From Octopus bimaculoides (lineage: Eukaryota), in contig NC_068982.1 of assembly GCF_001194135.2 (NCBI RefSeq), positions 109,094,912-109,158,911 of the forward strand: a stretch of 64,000 nt of DNA, given 5' to 3'. The number at the start of each line of letters is the position of its first letter. Within the stretch, counting starts at the first letter, position 1. The notes under the pieces are model-generated. The model worked only from the letters and a program-made list of their open reading frames with translations. It did not search any database and had not been told where the DNA came from. The position numbers and the translations under genes are program-made. Below are positions 24,753 to 38,199 of this stretch, piece by piece.

Positions 24753-26223
24753 CGTATAATGGCTCTCTTATTGACTTATATCACTTATAGTTACTTTTGT
24801 TTAGCTCCAGTTCGATCACAATGTAACAGACCTATGATCAAAGACATTCCAACCATGACTATCCTGTCTTAAGGGTATATAAGACTATATTATTTGATGT
24901 CTTTTCCTTAAGTGGTGGCTCGTTGATAAAATTAGTTGGGGTGCTGCTTCACAAAATTTTGAGCTGTTGTTTTAATATTGTGTAAAAGGAAACAAACTTA
25001 TAAAAAGAAAATTTATACATAAACTTGATCGGTTCAAGTTTTAGCCACTGCCAGGTAGTGTTTAATTTGTTCACTGAACACCACCATGAATTCCCCCTTG
25101 TTTTTCAAAAAATACCCCCTAAATCACGAAATGGGTGGGTGGGGGCGATGGAAATGTGCCCTATTTTTCAAATCCTGGCAGCAACACTGAAGCAGGAAGC
25201 AGGATAATAATCTAATTCTACACTTTATCACATTCAAGAATATAAACACATTTTTAAGCACAACACATGCGGAGTCAAAAAGGAACACTACCCTTCACTG
25301 GAACACTTGGATTGGCACTGTCGTTCTTGCAGTGCTCCACATTGTTGGAACTGTGAAGCGCACAGTGCTATACAAGGATTTTTGTATTTTTTTCATTAAC
25401 TAAGGGATGGCTACTGAAACGAAGCTTAAGGATTATATAATGTACAAGTTTAAAGAAAGAATTTTTTAAAGAAGGACTTATTATATTGAATATTATTGAT
25501 AATATTGACTGGAAATAGGGGGTGCTGCAGTTCCAAGCTGCTACTGGCAGGGAGTGATTTGAAGTTTTGGTTGCTTTTTGTAGCAAGTTGGATGGCCATG
25601 TGTAGTAAGCGTATTATACAGGGATAGTTAAAAAAAATAAATAAAGAGGTAAGGAGGTTTTACAAATATTAAGGTGTCAGTAGTGCTAAGTTTTCCAATT
25701 CATTTCTTATTTCATATACACAATTATGTTTTTGTGTGATTATGTCTTTGTTTCTGTAGGAATTGTATAGTTTTATTTTTCATAAGTTAAAAAGAGGAGG
25801 AGAGGCAGTTGCCGTAATTTGCAGGTCTTCTGAGATTGGTGAGATTTATGTGACTGATGCCTAGAAGGTGCTTTGTGTAGTCACTTGGCCTGCTAGAAAT
25901 AGCTACCAAGTCTCTCTTGTATCAAACCATACCATTTTAGGTTCCCTGCATACAAGAAAACACAGAATGGTCATGGCTGGATGCCTTCGATTATACATCT
26001 GTTTAATCAGGATTGATCTAGGGTTAAACAACAACGAGTCAGTGTCTGCAAGAATAAACATGGTTGAGGAAAACTGGTAGTGGGGGGAGGGGGAAGAACT
26101 GTGAGAGTGGTGGTTTGTTCCAAAGTAACTGAACTCCACTAAGGGTTCCCAAATGCCAGGTGTTGGTGTTAAACTAGAGAGCTTGTTTTGTTTGGCATGT
26201 TAAACATAATTATTATTTGCATG

Positions 26224-26258
<35 letters not shown>

Positions 26259-29016
26259 TTACTTTTGGAATTTTGAAATTTATTATTATTGTCATCATCA
26301 TCGGTGGCAGCAGCAGTGAATGGGAAAGAACAAATGGTATGTCTTAATTGTACTCCTCCTCTCTGAGAATGTGCAAAATGGCTTTGTAAGAATAACCTGG
26401 AGATTTCAAGTAATAAGTTGACTGTAGGTTTCGTTTATAACTTTTTTTTATGTTCTTTCTCTATTTTTCCATTTACCCACTTGTGATTGAAATCTAGAGA
26501 AGAAGAGTAGAGAAACACCAAATTTGTCAGCTTTATTTCATGAATACACCATTTTTTTTGTTAAAGCATAATAAATTTGAGATTCAAATGTCTGCTACTA
26601 TGTAGTCATTAAATAAGTGATCGGCTATCTAATAGCGATTACTTTATCTGTTGCTGTTTTGTCCTACATCAACCCTATGATCAAGCATATTACATCTTTA
26701 ACTATTCATTTCTTTATATACAGAGTTAACAATTCTGTTAAGAAGAATTGTTTATCCACATTCTGGTGTAACATGATAGCATGGCTTCTGTAATATCAGA
26801 TATTTCAGTGTTGCATAACCATCCTAAAGGTTGTTTGGGATGGTTGGCTCCTCTCTCTTGCAGTATCTTCATATTTGAGCAGGAGAATAATATACCTTTA
26901 ACTGCAGTCAATTCCATTTGAAGGGAGGCCCTTGGAAAATTAACAAGATTTAAGTTCAAAGAAAATGGTGCTTGAGAATCTAAAGAATTTGTCTGCATGT
27001 CACAGACCCAAGGGGAAAAACGTTTTTATCATACATGTCATCTTTTCCTGAGGAGGAATAAATAAGATGACCAAATGTATAAAGTATTGAATCTCCTGTT
27101 TGTAAGTTGTCATTTCAAATCTGCTAGACAGACACCTTATTCTTCATTTCCTCAGTTAACCTAGCTATTCGGATGTTAGGATTATCTAGAATAATCTGGT
27201 GGGAGATTTATCTCTCATCTCATTTGCTTCACATCATGATTGGAGTTAACACTCTTAGAAGGAATTTACAACTTTACAACAGTAAGGGGAAAATGGTAAT
27301 TGTTCATTTTTTTTTTAAGGAGATAGTGTGACATTTTGGGAAAATGTATTCTATTATAACCTAAGGGTGATTAATGTCTTGTTGGTGAAATTTGCTAAAT
27401 GGAAACTGTACAGCATATGTGTTGGTCTTTGCATATCTTTGCATTGATATCACTTGTGCAGTAATGATATTTGTTTATGTCTATAAGCAATTGGTTCAAT
27501 ATGAGAAGATCAGTGGAATAAAGTACTTTCCTTGAAAACAAATAGTGGTTAGCATCAGGAAAGGCACTCAGCCATCGAATACTGCCTCAAGCAGTCTTGT
27601 CCTACACATGTCTGCATGGAAAAAGCAAATGTAAAAATACTGATGATGGTAAATACATGTACATGATGGTGAATACATGATGTTTTTGCACCTGTAAAGA
27701 TGCACTCAAACTTTTTATCACACAATCATGCCTACACTCATTGAAAAATGAATCATACATACCTTCTTTTATTTGTTTAGTATACATCTATTTTTCTATG
27801 CATGGATGAAATAATTGTTTCAGTTACACATTGAAGAAATGTTTCTTATTCTAGAGCACAGAACAAAGGCTTTAGAAATATTATTTGAAATTATGATCAT
27901 TAGCTCTCAGTTTTCTTGCTACTTGACTGCAAAATTAATGTATCTCTTTCAAAAGTACATATAACAATATACACATGAGCACACACATACGTAGCCACAC
28001 ACATGCACACACACACATACACACATTTGTTCACATGTGCATTATCAGAAAAAAACAAATATTCTTTATGTAACTGGTACTGATGCATACAGTTGGCAAA
28101 TATTTACAGCTGGCTTGCGGCACCCAAAGACTCAATAATACACCATTAATTATCAGTATTGATGAAACCACAAACCGTAATGTTGATGGTAGATAGATAT
28201 TGATAGATAACTTAGGGTGGATTGATTAACTCAAGCTGGACAAAGTGACAATTAATGACTTGCTCCCTCTCTCTCTTTCTCTCTCTCTCTTTCATCTTGT
28301 CATCCACTGTAGTTCCTTATCTGACATAAACAAAGATAGAGAAAACCACCCATTGCCGTTGGGTATGTTGTTATTACTGTGGCAGTTTTTACAGCTGGGT
28401 GCTCTGAACACAAACTACTGTACAACATACCCATCCCTTGTAACATCTGTTGATTCACTGGGTGTGCTAAACTCTCTTTTTTACCATCACCAGCACCACC
28501 ACCATTGTCATCATTATCATCATCCTTATATCATCATTCTTAAGTTCATTTTCTCATGCTGGCATGGACAGAAAGAGAGTTATGGAGGCAGTATTTTGTA
28601 TGCAGCACATACTTCCTGTCGTAAACCTTTATTTGATTTTTAAGTTATTTATTTGCTTTCTACTATCTTCACATATAACAAAAGCATTAATTATGAAACA
28701 CGTTGTTGACAAGAGACAAATATAATCAACATTATTGTTCACATTGTGATGCTGTAACATGTACAGAAACATTTACTCTCTCTTGTTCACTGTCTGTCTG
28801 TCTATGTCTGTCTCTCACACACATACACACACACCAAGCTTCTTGCTTATCAAATTTCATTTATAAGACATTGGTCACTCAAAGGTAACTTGCATTGAGA
28901 TGGATCTAGCAACCATGTGGTTGCAAACAGCTTAACTACATATCAATACCAGTAACAATGATTCAATTATAATAATATTTCATTAATAAATGAATAGTTA
29001 CACACACACATATATT

Positions 29017-29195
29017 GTTGTTGGCACTCCGTCGCTTACGACGTCGAGGGTTCCAGTTGATCCAATCAACGGAACAGCCTGCTCGTGAAATTAATGTGCA
29101 AGTGGCTGAGCACTCCACAGGCACGTATACCCTTAATGTAGTTCTCGGGGATATTCACCGTGACACAGTGTGACAAGGCTCACCCTTTGAATTTC
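29017..29195 (-). mobile_element. SINE 3' portion with (CAA)n-like tail (third family; a degenerate copy at about 16380-16510)
   Basis: CpG-rich segment ending ...cgtaagcgacggagtgccaacaacaa on minus; abuts the RTE 3' UTR. Confidence 0.65.
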
Positions 29196-32100
29196 TACAG
29201 CTGGATGCTCTTCCTAATGCCGACCACTCCCAGAGTGTAGTGGGTGCTTTTATGTGTCACCGGCATGAGGGCCAGTCAGGTGGTACTGGCAATGACCACG
29301 CTCAAAAGGTCTTTTTTATGTGCCACCTGCATGGGAGCCAGTCCGGCTGCACTGGCAACAACCATGCTTGAATGTTGTTTTTCTCGTGTCAACAGCACAT
29401 GTGTCAGTAAGGCGACGCTGGAAACGATCACGCTCAAATGGTACTTTTACATGCCACTGGTCCGTGAGCCAGTCAGTAGCCCTGGCAACGATCATGCTCA
29501 GATGGTGCTTTTAACGTTCAACCTGCATGAGCGCCAATCAAGTGGTACTGTCATCAGCCATGTCAGTGATTTTGATTTCACTTGCCTCAACAGGTCTTCG
29601 CAAGCAGAGTTTACTGTCCAATGAAGTAAGGGTACTCATAAGAGGGCTGGTTATACACCACTGGCATAGGCCACAGGTTATGGTCTAACTTGGCTTGTTG
29701 GGTCTTCTAAGCACAGCATATCTCCAAAGCTCTCAGTCACTAGTCATTACCTTGGTGAGGCCCAATGTTCGAAGGTCATGCTTCACCACCTCATCCCAGG
29801 TCTTCCTGGGTCTACCTCTTCTACAGGTTCCCTCAACTGCTAGGGTATGACACTTTATCACACAGCTGTCCTCATCCATTCACAACACCTCACCATACAA
29901 GTGCAGTCATTTCTCTTGCANNNNNNNNNNNNNNNNNNNNNNNNNNNNNNNNNNNNNNNNNNNNNNNNNNNNNNNNNNNNNNNNNNNNNNNNNNNNNNNN
30001 NNNNNNNNNNNNNNNNNNNNNNNNNNNNNNNNNNNNNNNNNNNNNNNNNNNNNNNNNNNNNNNNNNNNNNNNNNNNNNNNNNNNNNNNNNNNNNNNNNNN
30101 NNNNNNNNNNNNNNNNNNNNNNNNNNNNNNNNNNNNNNNNNNNNNNNNNNNNNNNNNNNNNNNNNNNNNNNNNNNNNNNNNNNNNNNNNNNNNNNNNNNN
30201 NNNNNNNNNNNNNNNNNNNNNNNNNNNNNNNNNNNNNNNNNNNNNNNNNNNNNNNNNNNNNNNNNNNNNNNNNNNNNNNNNNNNNNNNNNNNNNNNNNNN
30301 NNNNNNNNNNNNNNNNNNNNNNNNNNNNNNNNNNNNNNNNNNNNNNNNNNNNNNNNNNNNNNNNNNNNNNNNNNNNNNNNNNNNNNNNNNNNNNNNNNNN
30401 NNNNNNNNNNNNNNNNNNNNNNNNNNNNNNNNNNNNNNNNNNNNNNNNNNNNNNNNNNNNNNNNNNNNNNNNNNNNNNNNNNNNNNNNNNNNNNNNNNNN
30501 NNNNNNNNNNNNGTGTCCATAGCTTACACTGGGTACATCTTATAGAGTTTCTACCTACACCTTTTCTACAGATCAAGCAGGGCCATCTACCTGAAGGGAT
30601 TTGTGGTTTGTCAGCCTTCCTACTTATTAAGATTTTGGTTTTAGCTAGGTTGACTCTAAGGCCCTTCAATTCTAATCCTTGCTTCCACACCTGAAACTTC
30701 TCCTCTAGTTCTGGTAGTGACTCAGCAATTAGTGCAAGGTCATCAGCATAGAGGAGCTCCCAGGGGCATCCTGTCTTGAATTCCTCTGTTATTGCTTGGA
30801 GGACTATGATGAATAAGAGGGTGGTGAGGACTGATCCTTGGTGGACCCCTACCCCTACCCAGAATTCTTCATTGTACTCGTTGCCAACCCTCACCTTACT
30901 GACAGCATCCCTGTATATGGCTTGCACAGCTCTCACTAACCATTCAACTATCCCTAGTTTCTTCATCGACCACCAGATAAGGGATCAGGGGACCCTGTCA
31001 AAGGCTTTCTCCATGTCAACGAAAGCCAGGTACAGAGGTTTATCTTTGGCTAGGTATTTCTCCTGCAGCTGTCTTACCAGAGGCACGAACCAAAACTGCA
31101 TCTCATCTTGACTGACTCTCTCCCTAATTAGTTGGGCTATGACCCTCTCCGTAACCTTCATTACCTCAGCCAACAACTTGATACCTCTGTAATTGTATCT
31201 AAAGCATCACCTTCACCTTTGTAGCAGTTGACTATGGTGCTGCTATACCAGTCATTGGTTATGACTCCTTCATGTATCACCTGGTTGACTATATGGGTGA
31301 TTAGGCTATAGCTGACACCGCTAGATATTTTGAGCATCTCTGCTGTGATTCCTGATGGGCTGGGGGGCTTTCCCTGTCTTCATACCCTTAATTACTTTAT
31401 CTACCAAGGTACTCTCAATTTCGATAGCTGGTCCCTCTGTTGGGTCGGCATTTGGCAGACTCTCTTTCTCCCATTCATTCTCTTTATTTAGCAACCTTTC
31501 ATAGTGGAGTTCTATACTTAGGAGATGAGGAATTATGTACATTATTTACATTATTTACATTTGATGGATATTTGTCATCTTGTTGTTAGCAAAAAATAAG
31601 ATGAGGACAAATATCCTTCTAATGTAAATAATGTAAATAATGTACTTTCATAGTGTCGTCTCCAAACCTCTCTCTTTGAGACCTTGTTTAATGCAAGTGA
31701 GCCATCATCCATGTGGACACATTTCTCTCCTACGATATCACGATTCTATCTCACACACTGTCTTGCAACACGAAATACCTCAAGTCTTTGGTCCTCACAG
31801 TGCAGAACATTGGCAAATTTTTTCTCATCTGCCTCCTCGCTGGCTAAACAAACCTGTCTCCTAGCTTCCCTTCCGGCAGTCTGATGCAATTCCTTGCTAC
31901 CACCATTCTTCCAGTCCTTCCAAGCCTGTTTTTTTCCCCCAATGGCCCTGTCAACAATATTGTTCCACCACCCTGTTACCTTGGGTCAAAAGGGAACTTT
32001 GCACCATCCACAGATCCGGTCAGTGGCCCTCAGCAGGTTGTTCCATAGAAACCTCCAGTTGTCTTCCACATCATGTGATGCTATATCCCCCTCTATTTCG

Positions 32101-33085
32101 TCAAAGGCTTCGAGTATTAGGTCTCTAAATCTCTGTCCATTTGCAGGATCCTTAAGCTTCCAGACCCTTCTCTTCCATGCTGGTCGTCTTCTGGGCATCC
32201 ATTTAGCCCTATCCTGAAGTCACTAACTACTAGTCTATGTTGTGGGTACATTCTTCACCTGGGAAGGTTTTGGCATTTATAAGCAGCTGTCTTTCCCTTT
32301 TCTGGTGAGGATGTAGTCAATTTGGCTAGTGTGTCTGCCAGAATGGTAGGTGACTAGGTGACTGGCAGGTTTCCTGAAGTTAGTATTGCAAACCATAAGA
32401 TCATTTGCATCGCAAAACTCCAGCAGCCTGGTTCCCTCCTCATTGCGGGAACCAAAACCATAGCCTCCATGTATGCCATGGAAGCCCCCTGCATGTTGTC
32501 CAACATGTCCATTGAAGTCACCATCCACAAAGAGAAGGTCCCTGTCGTTCGTTAACGAGGTAGTCAGCAAGAGGGTGTCATAAAATTGGTCTTTCTGTCC
32601 ATCAGGTAGCCCCGACTGAGGGGCATAGGTCAAGACAATTGCTAACCTATGGTGTAGCACTAATCTAATCTTAAGTATTCTATCGCAGACTTTCACTAAC
32701 CCATTTCTCTGCAAGAAGTATACCCATGCTCCCAACCCTGTCAGTGTTCTCTGCCCAGAAAATCTTGTACCTATGTTCTTTGCCTGTGAGGAACCTTGCA
32801 GAACCTCCTCTCCACCTTACTTCTTGGAAGCAGCACAAATCTACACATCTCCGTTCAAGCATCTCAACAATCTCACCAGACATACCTTTCAGTGTGCCCA
32901 CGTTGAGTGTGCCAACCCTGAGGGTGTGGGAGGTGTGGGCCTGTGAGACCCTGGGGTGGGGGATAGAAGCGTTATGTACCTGAAAAGAAAGCTCAGGTAC
33001 ATGATGTAGGGGTGGGGATGGCATTAAGCCTATAGAAGTGTTCGTGGGAGACAACCAAAGGATGTCAGAGGATAGGGACTTCCAG
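29196..33085 (-). mobile_element. Near full-length RTE-clade LINE: APE endonuclease + reverse transcriptase + Cys-rich motif + 3' UTR; carries frameshifts, a 138-bp insertion and an N gap
   Basis: LRVGTLNVGTL..., QEVRW, GDFNGHVG and SQIDYIL (APE); FVDMEKAFDRVP, GVHQGSVL and LLYADDL (RT); CLICRKGVGRNSIRCTQCKLW. Confidence 0.96.
31507..31644. mobile_element. 138-bp, largely palindromic insertion in the RTE ORF, flanked by an 11-bp TSD
   Basis: ctttcatagtg at 31496-31506 and 31645-31655; tacattatttacattatttacatt is inverted as aatgtaaataatgtaaataatgta. Confidence 0.9.
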
Positions 33086-33128
33086 NNNNNNNNNNGTAGG
33101 CGTACCGCGAAATAGCAGAATTAGAAAA

Positions 33129-34020
33129 GAACATCTTCTGGATTTGTATTCTTTTGGTGGAGTTATTAAGATGAAGTAGTGGAATCCGAATGAGCTAGTT
33201 TATATAGTGTGGAGTGGTGGAGGAGGGGGATGTGTTGGAGAAGCAAGTGATTATCGAAACAGAGAGAGGGACCAGGGTTAGGCTGGTCAAGAATAGAACA
33301 TGAGGGAGAAAAATATTCTTTTGGGATTTTGAGTAACATAATTTAATGAAACAGCAAATGCTGAGAACAGTGAAATAGAATTGAAAAATTTTAGAATTTT
33401 CAGTCAGCCAATCTGTGACAAAATTAGAGAAATAAGTGACGATGTGACAAAATTGAATAAATGAATAAGTGACAAATAGCGAATATGCATAAGTTTGTCT
33501 TAAGACAACAGCGAGGAAGACGAAACTATGTTTAAACTATGTTTACATGGTAATGAAGTAGATTGAATAATGAAAAGAACTAATAAGGGGATTATGGTCT
33601 GTGCAGAAAAAGATGTGTTAGATGTATGAAGTTGAAAAAAAAAAAATCAAGATTTCTTATCTGAACATCTTCTGGATTTGTATTCTTTTGGTGGAGTTAT
33701 TAAAATGAAGTAGCGGAATCCGAATGAGCTAGTTTATATAGGGTGGGGTGGTGGAGGAGGGGGAAGTGTTGGAGAAGCAAGTGGTTATCGAAACAGAGAG
33801 AGAGAGGGAGGGGGACCAGGGATAAGCTGGTCAAAGATAGAACACGAGGGAGAAAAATATTCTTTTGGGATTTTGAATAACAATTTAATGAAACAACAAA
33901 TGCTGATAACAGTGAAATAGAGTCGAAAAATCTTAGAATTTTCGGTCAACCAATCTGTGACAAAATTAGAGAAATAAATGATGATGTGATAAAATTGAAT
34001 AAATGAATACGTGACCATAG
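33129..34020. repeat. Diverged direct repeat: two units of about 350 bp (33129-33479 and 33663-34020), period 534 bp
   Basis: Colinear gaacatcttctggatttgtattcttttggtggag... through ...gaataaatgaata.gtgac, with scattered substitutions. Confidence 0.9.
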
Positions 34021-37000
34021 TAAATGCTCATGAAAGGAACTTAAATATATATATATATATATATATAAAAGAAATAGTTGAGATTCTTTTGAATTATGTA
34101 TTTAAGTTGAAGCACCAAGTCAGTCTGGTATTATCCGCACAGCTTGAAGTAAGGTGAATAAAATCAAAATAAGCAACAGGATGTCAGGTAGTGATGCAGT
34201 ATGACCATTCAATAGACAAGTAGTAAGAGCACATGTCCATTAATTATATCTGCACCTGCTTATTATTACATATACCAACATTGAATATAAACAAAATCAT
34301 ATTAAATCTATAGCTACAAATCGTTGAAAGTAGTATTTGCCATATATTTTTCCCACCTTCATTACAACCACCTCCATGTTACATCCAGCTCTCTTTAGAC
34401 TATCTCACTAATAGCATTTATCAGCTATACCCAGTGAGATCCCTGGGCTGTTTCATTGACTTTATTTTATGTGTATCTCTTTTTTAAGATCTCATACATG
34501 TGGTTATTTGTCATTATGACAAATGTCCTTTGTATCTTTTGCATATTCATTATTTGCACTTATATATTTGTTTGAAGCTGATGATATACTCTGTTACTAC
34601 ATTATGTTTCTTTCTTTTGTCATCTGAACAACTGTACAAATTAAGGAACATGTAGTAGTAGCAGAGGGAATCATTAACATAATCTCTAAGTTTAAGTTTA
34701 GCCAGACTGCATCAATATTTCTCTGTATGAATATTGACTTGCAAAATTTCAAACCATTTTAAGTTTTTGGTAGGATTCATTTAACTTTGGTCACTGTAGA
34801 GCTGAAAAGATACAGCTTATAGGCATATTGAAAATAACATCACAAAGTTGAAAATGACTTACATATCATTGTTAAATCTGACAACTGATAAGAAATTGCT
34901 TTTATACTAATGCCGTACATATATTGCAAAATTGCTACTGAAAATGAAAGAAACTGTGAAGTCAGTTTACTACTGTCACTGTGCTGTTGTAAACCTTGCG
35001 TATATTTCCCAAGTTACATTTTATAGTAAGACTATATATGTTTTAAACACACTTTGGTTATTGAATCTTCTACAATTATCTTTCTTTTTGTACTATCATT
35101 AGTTTAACCATTTTGCTTCTAAATATTAGAATTAATCCTTTTGTGGAGAATAATAACTAATTATTTTCATTACTATTTGCATTTTATTTGTTTATTCAGG
35201 TTATTAGTTCAAAGGAAGTGTTCTAGATTTGAGTGTAGCCTTGCACTATGTTTTGATGCCAGCAATAATCATATAAAGTTCTCTCTTTGTCTACAGAATT
35301 GTAGACAGACTAAAATATATCTGTAAAAATGTAATTTGTTGATTGGCTGTACTTAAAATATTTATTCATCCCAGTGAGCTCCTCTTGTCTCTATTTTTGA
35401 TTATATATGTACATGATGATGACAGAGATCTTCCAATGTATCATAACAACCCTGTGTCTCTTTGCAGACCAGCTGTAAGCTGAGCCAATCAAATTTGTTT
35501 TCCACTTATCTCTGATGTCATCTGTTTCATTTGTTTCCTGTATGAACTGCTTAAAAAGTGTCTTTAAAAATGTCCGTTTAAAAGTAGATGTCATTTCTAT
35601 TCTTCCATTGTAATGATTTCATTTCTTCATAACAGACAATATTTGAATGTTGATTAGTTGAAAATAGCTACAAATATATAATGAATCAAAACAAAAATGA
35701 AGATCATGTTTCATTAGCCAGAGTTTTTGTTTGAGTTTAGATTGTTTATATAAAATAGCCTTAAACGTGTGGAAGTGCAGCAGCAGGAAAGCAGGGGAAA
35801 GAGGACAGTATCCCAGTTAAGGTGTTGGATATGTCGAAGATGTCAGTTGATACTGACAAATGGTATTGAAAAAATGTTTTGTTTAAAGTAGGGTGGTCTG
35901 TGGTGGAGGTGAAGTCAAATAAACACAATAGCAATTACCTGAATTAATATCTGTTGACAGTTTTTTATTGAGTATTTATGACAGGTATAGGTTATATCAT
36001 CTGGCTTCTAACTTCCCCTAACTTGCTGTTCTATGACAAGTGATGATTGTTATGTTATAGGAAAATATAATTATGGCAGTTATGGGTTGGTTATATTGTA
36101 CTTGTCTACTGCTTATGTTTATACTAGGGCAGATATACAGCAGTGTTTTAATATTTTCAGTTAAAGTATATTGCATGACAGAAGTGTGGTTATGTGTAAG
36201 GGTAGGAGACTATGAAAAATTTTGTGTTTGCCGAGAGAAAAATTACATCTACTTAAGCAACAAAACAAAGCATATTTCATGTCATTCAATTTCTTTTTTA
36301 TTTACAGTTTACAAATATTTTTTTTTCTGTGAATTCAAAAAATCCCCACAAAAACCATACATGGTTTGAAACCAAGTCATAATCACATTTAGCTTGAAAC
36401 TAGCTCTTAATCCTGATTGGTTAGATACTAACACTTAAAATCTTGTCTTTCAATCAGCTGAAGTAATCCAAAAACAATTGGTTACATGAAGAATCTCCAT
36501 CAATAGCTATTGCTCATTCAAGATTGTTAGTTACTTATCAGTCAAGTATAAGATTATTTTTCTCTTGCATCATTTTACAAAGCGTTTTAATTGAATTTTA
36601 AGCATCTATTTGTAATCTTTTGTATGGTGATTTGTTCACAAAATGTTCATTTGTTTTATGCTTGTTTTTCCATGCTAGTATGGATTAGATGAATACATAT
36701 TATTGAGACATTGTTTTTTATGGTTTGATGCCCTTCCTGTTGCTAGCCCTTATTGGATTTTCAAGTTTAAAGGGATATATTTGTGTGCGTGTGTGTCTGC
36801 CTGCATTTGTGTTAACTGGTTTCAAAACAGTGTGTCTAATTACATAACTTTACATCATAAAAAAAGTAGAATTTACCTATATAAAATTTAAATAAAACAA
36901 TCAAACTACAGACTCAACAATAAAAACACAAAGGCAGTTATTTAAAGGGACACACATTTGATTTCACCATTGCTTTATAGTCAATAAAAAAGAACCTTCG

Positions 37001-37504
37001 TTTTATGTTGTTTTTTTTATTAGTAATAAGATTAGCTTGCATAGTCATAAGGAAAGACATGAAGTTTACGCTGTTATTATGTTTGGTGGCTAGCAGATTT
37101 ATCCAACCACCTTCCTACAGTCTGTTGCCAGTTCTCCTTTGGTCACAGTTAGTCTTGCCTTACCACTAACTCCATCATGTTTGTATATGTCTGACCATCA
37201 GTAATGTTTAGTTGCATTTCTTTATTTATAACTTTGTAAATACACAGGCATAAAAGAAATGGTGGTACAGTGGAAGAGATGTGATTAAAGTAAGTCTAGT
37301 ATATTGTTGGTAATTAGTCTATTGATCATGGAAAGAGAAAATATAAAGTTGATCACTCAAACTGGATACTACAAATGTCCAGTTGTACCAGATTACCTTT
37401 TTTCTTTTTTTTTTTTTTCAATAATGGTAGTGATAATAATAATGATGATGATAGGTAATGAGGACATTGATGCTGGTAGTGATGATGATAATAACTACAA
37501 CAAT

Positions 37505-37636
37505 AACTAGAAAAGCACTCGGAGAGCGCAGACCTCCACCAAGCAGCTCATTTCCACCCATATACATGCATGCTGAAAATTGCCCAGTTTTCCAAACCAA
37601 TGCTGGCAAAAACATAACCTTCTTGGTTGGGGTAAA
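37505..37636 (+). mobile_element. Short Helentron-associated (HINE/DINE-1-like) non-autonomous element; a second 3' end at about 38020-38194
   Basis: 5' aactagaaaagcactcggagagcgcag; subterminal IR acctccaccaag (37532-37543) / cttggttggggt (37622-37633); 3' aaaacataacc. The second copy has a gacagacggacagacg microsatellite, 3 x 15-bp tandem units (38061-38105) and the end aaaacataacctcctttcttggcagaggtaa. Family assignment from recalled architecture. Confidence 0.55.
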
Positions 37637-38199
37637 AAAAAATAACACAGCCATATGATTTTAAGAAAGAAATCCCTTTAAAAACAGGAATCATCTGAAG
37701 CAGTTCACAACCACCAGCATCATCAGCAGCATTGTCATTGCTTTCACTTCAACCACATACACCGCCATCAATGTTATCATGACAGTTACCTTGACAGTCA
37801 CTTTCACCACCACAACCAGTATAACCACTGCAATACCACCATCACACAACTAACACTATCATCAACACCACTATTACCACCATCACCTCAGCACTACACA
37901 TCACACCGCTCCTGTCGCCATTATAACCACCGATACTATTTCATCCTCCTCTCATATTCATCTCGATCATCGTCATCATCAACACTGTCTCTAAACAGCA
38001 ACGCCACCATAGATTACGTGGAAACGATGTGTTTTCAAGGGAGATAATCAAAGAACGTAACATCAAATACTGTTTCATCAAATACCATTTCGTCAAATAC
38101 CGTTCACGACTTTTTGAGTTATTTTGCACACAGACGGACAGACGGGCAAATCAATGCCAATGAAAACATAACCTCCTTTCTTGGCAGAGGTAATAATAA

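Noticed and set aside
28313-28362. 50-nt phase 2-to-1 open exon candidate (SLSDINKDRENHPLPL, donor GG|gtatgt)
   Set aside because: No ATG, and its pyrimidine tract is a (CT)n microsatellite. It would need an unseen upstream coding exon. A similar ATG-less candidate lies at 25760-25838.
33096-33120. GCG-TAC-CGC-GAAA next to the gap as half of a hammerhead, or an HDV-like ribozyme at the RTE 5' end
   Set aside because: No CUGANGA directly upstream and no NUH; no nested double pseudoknot could be built by eye at 33000-33085.
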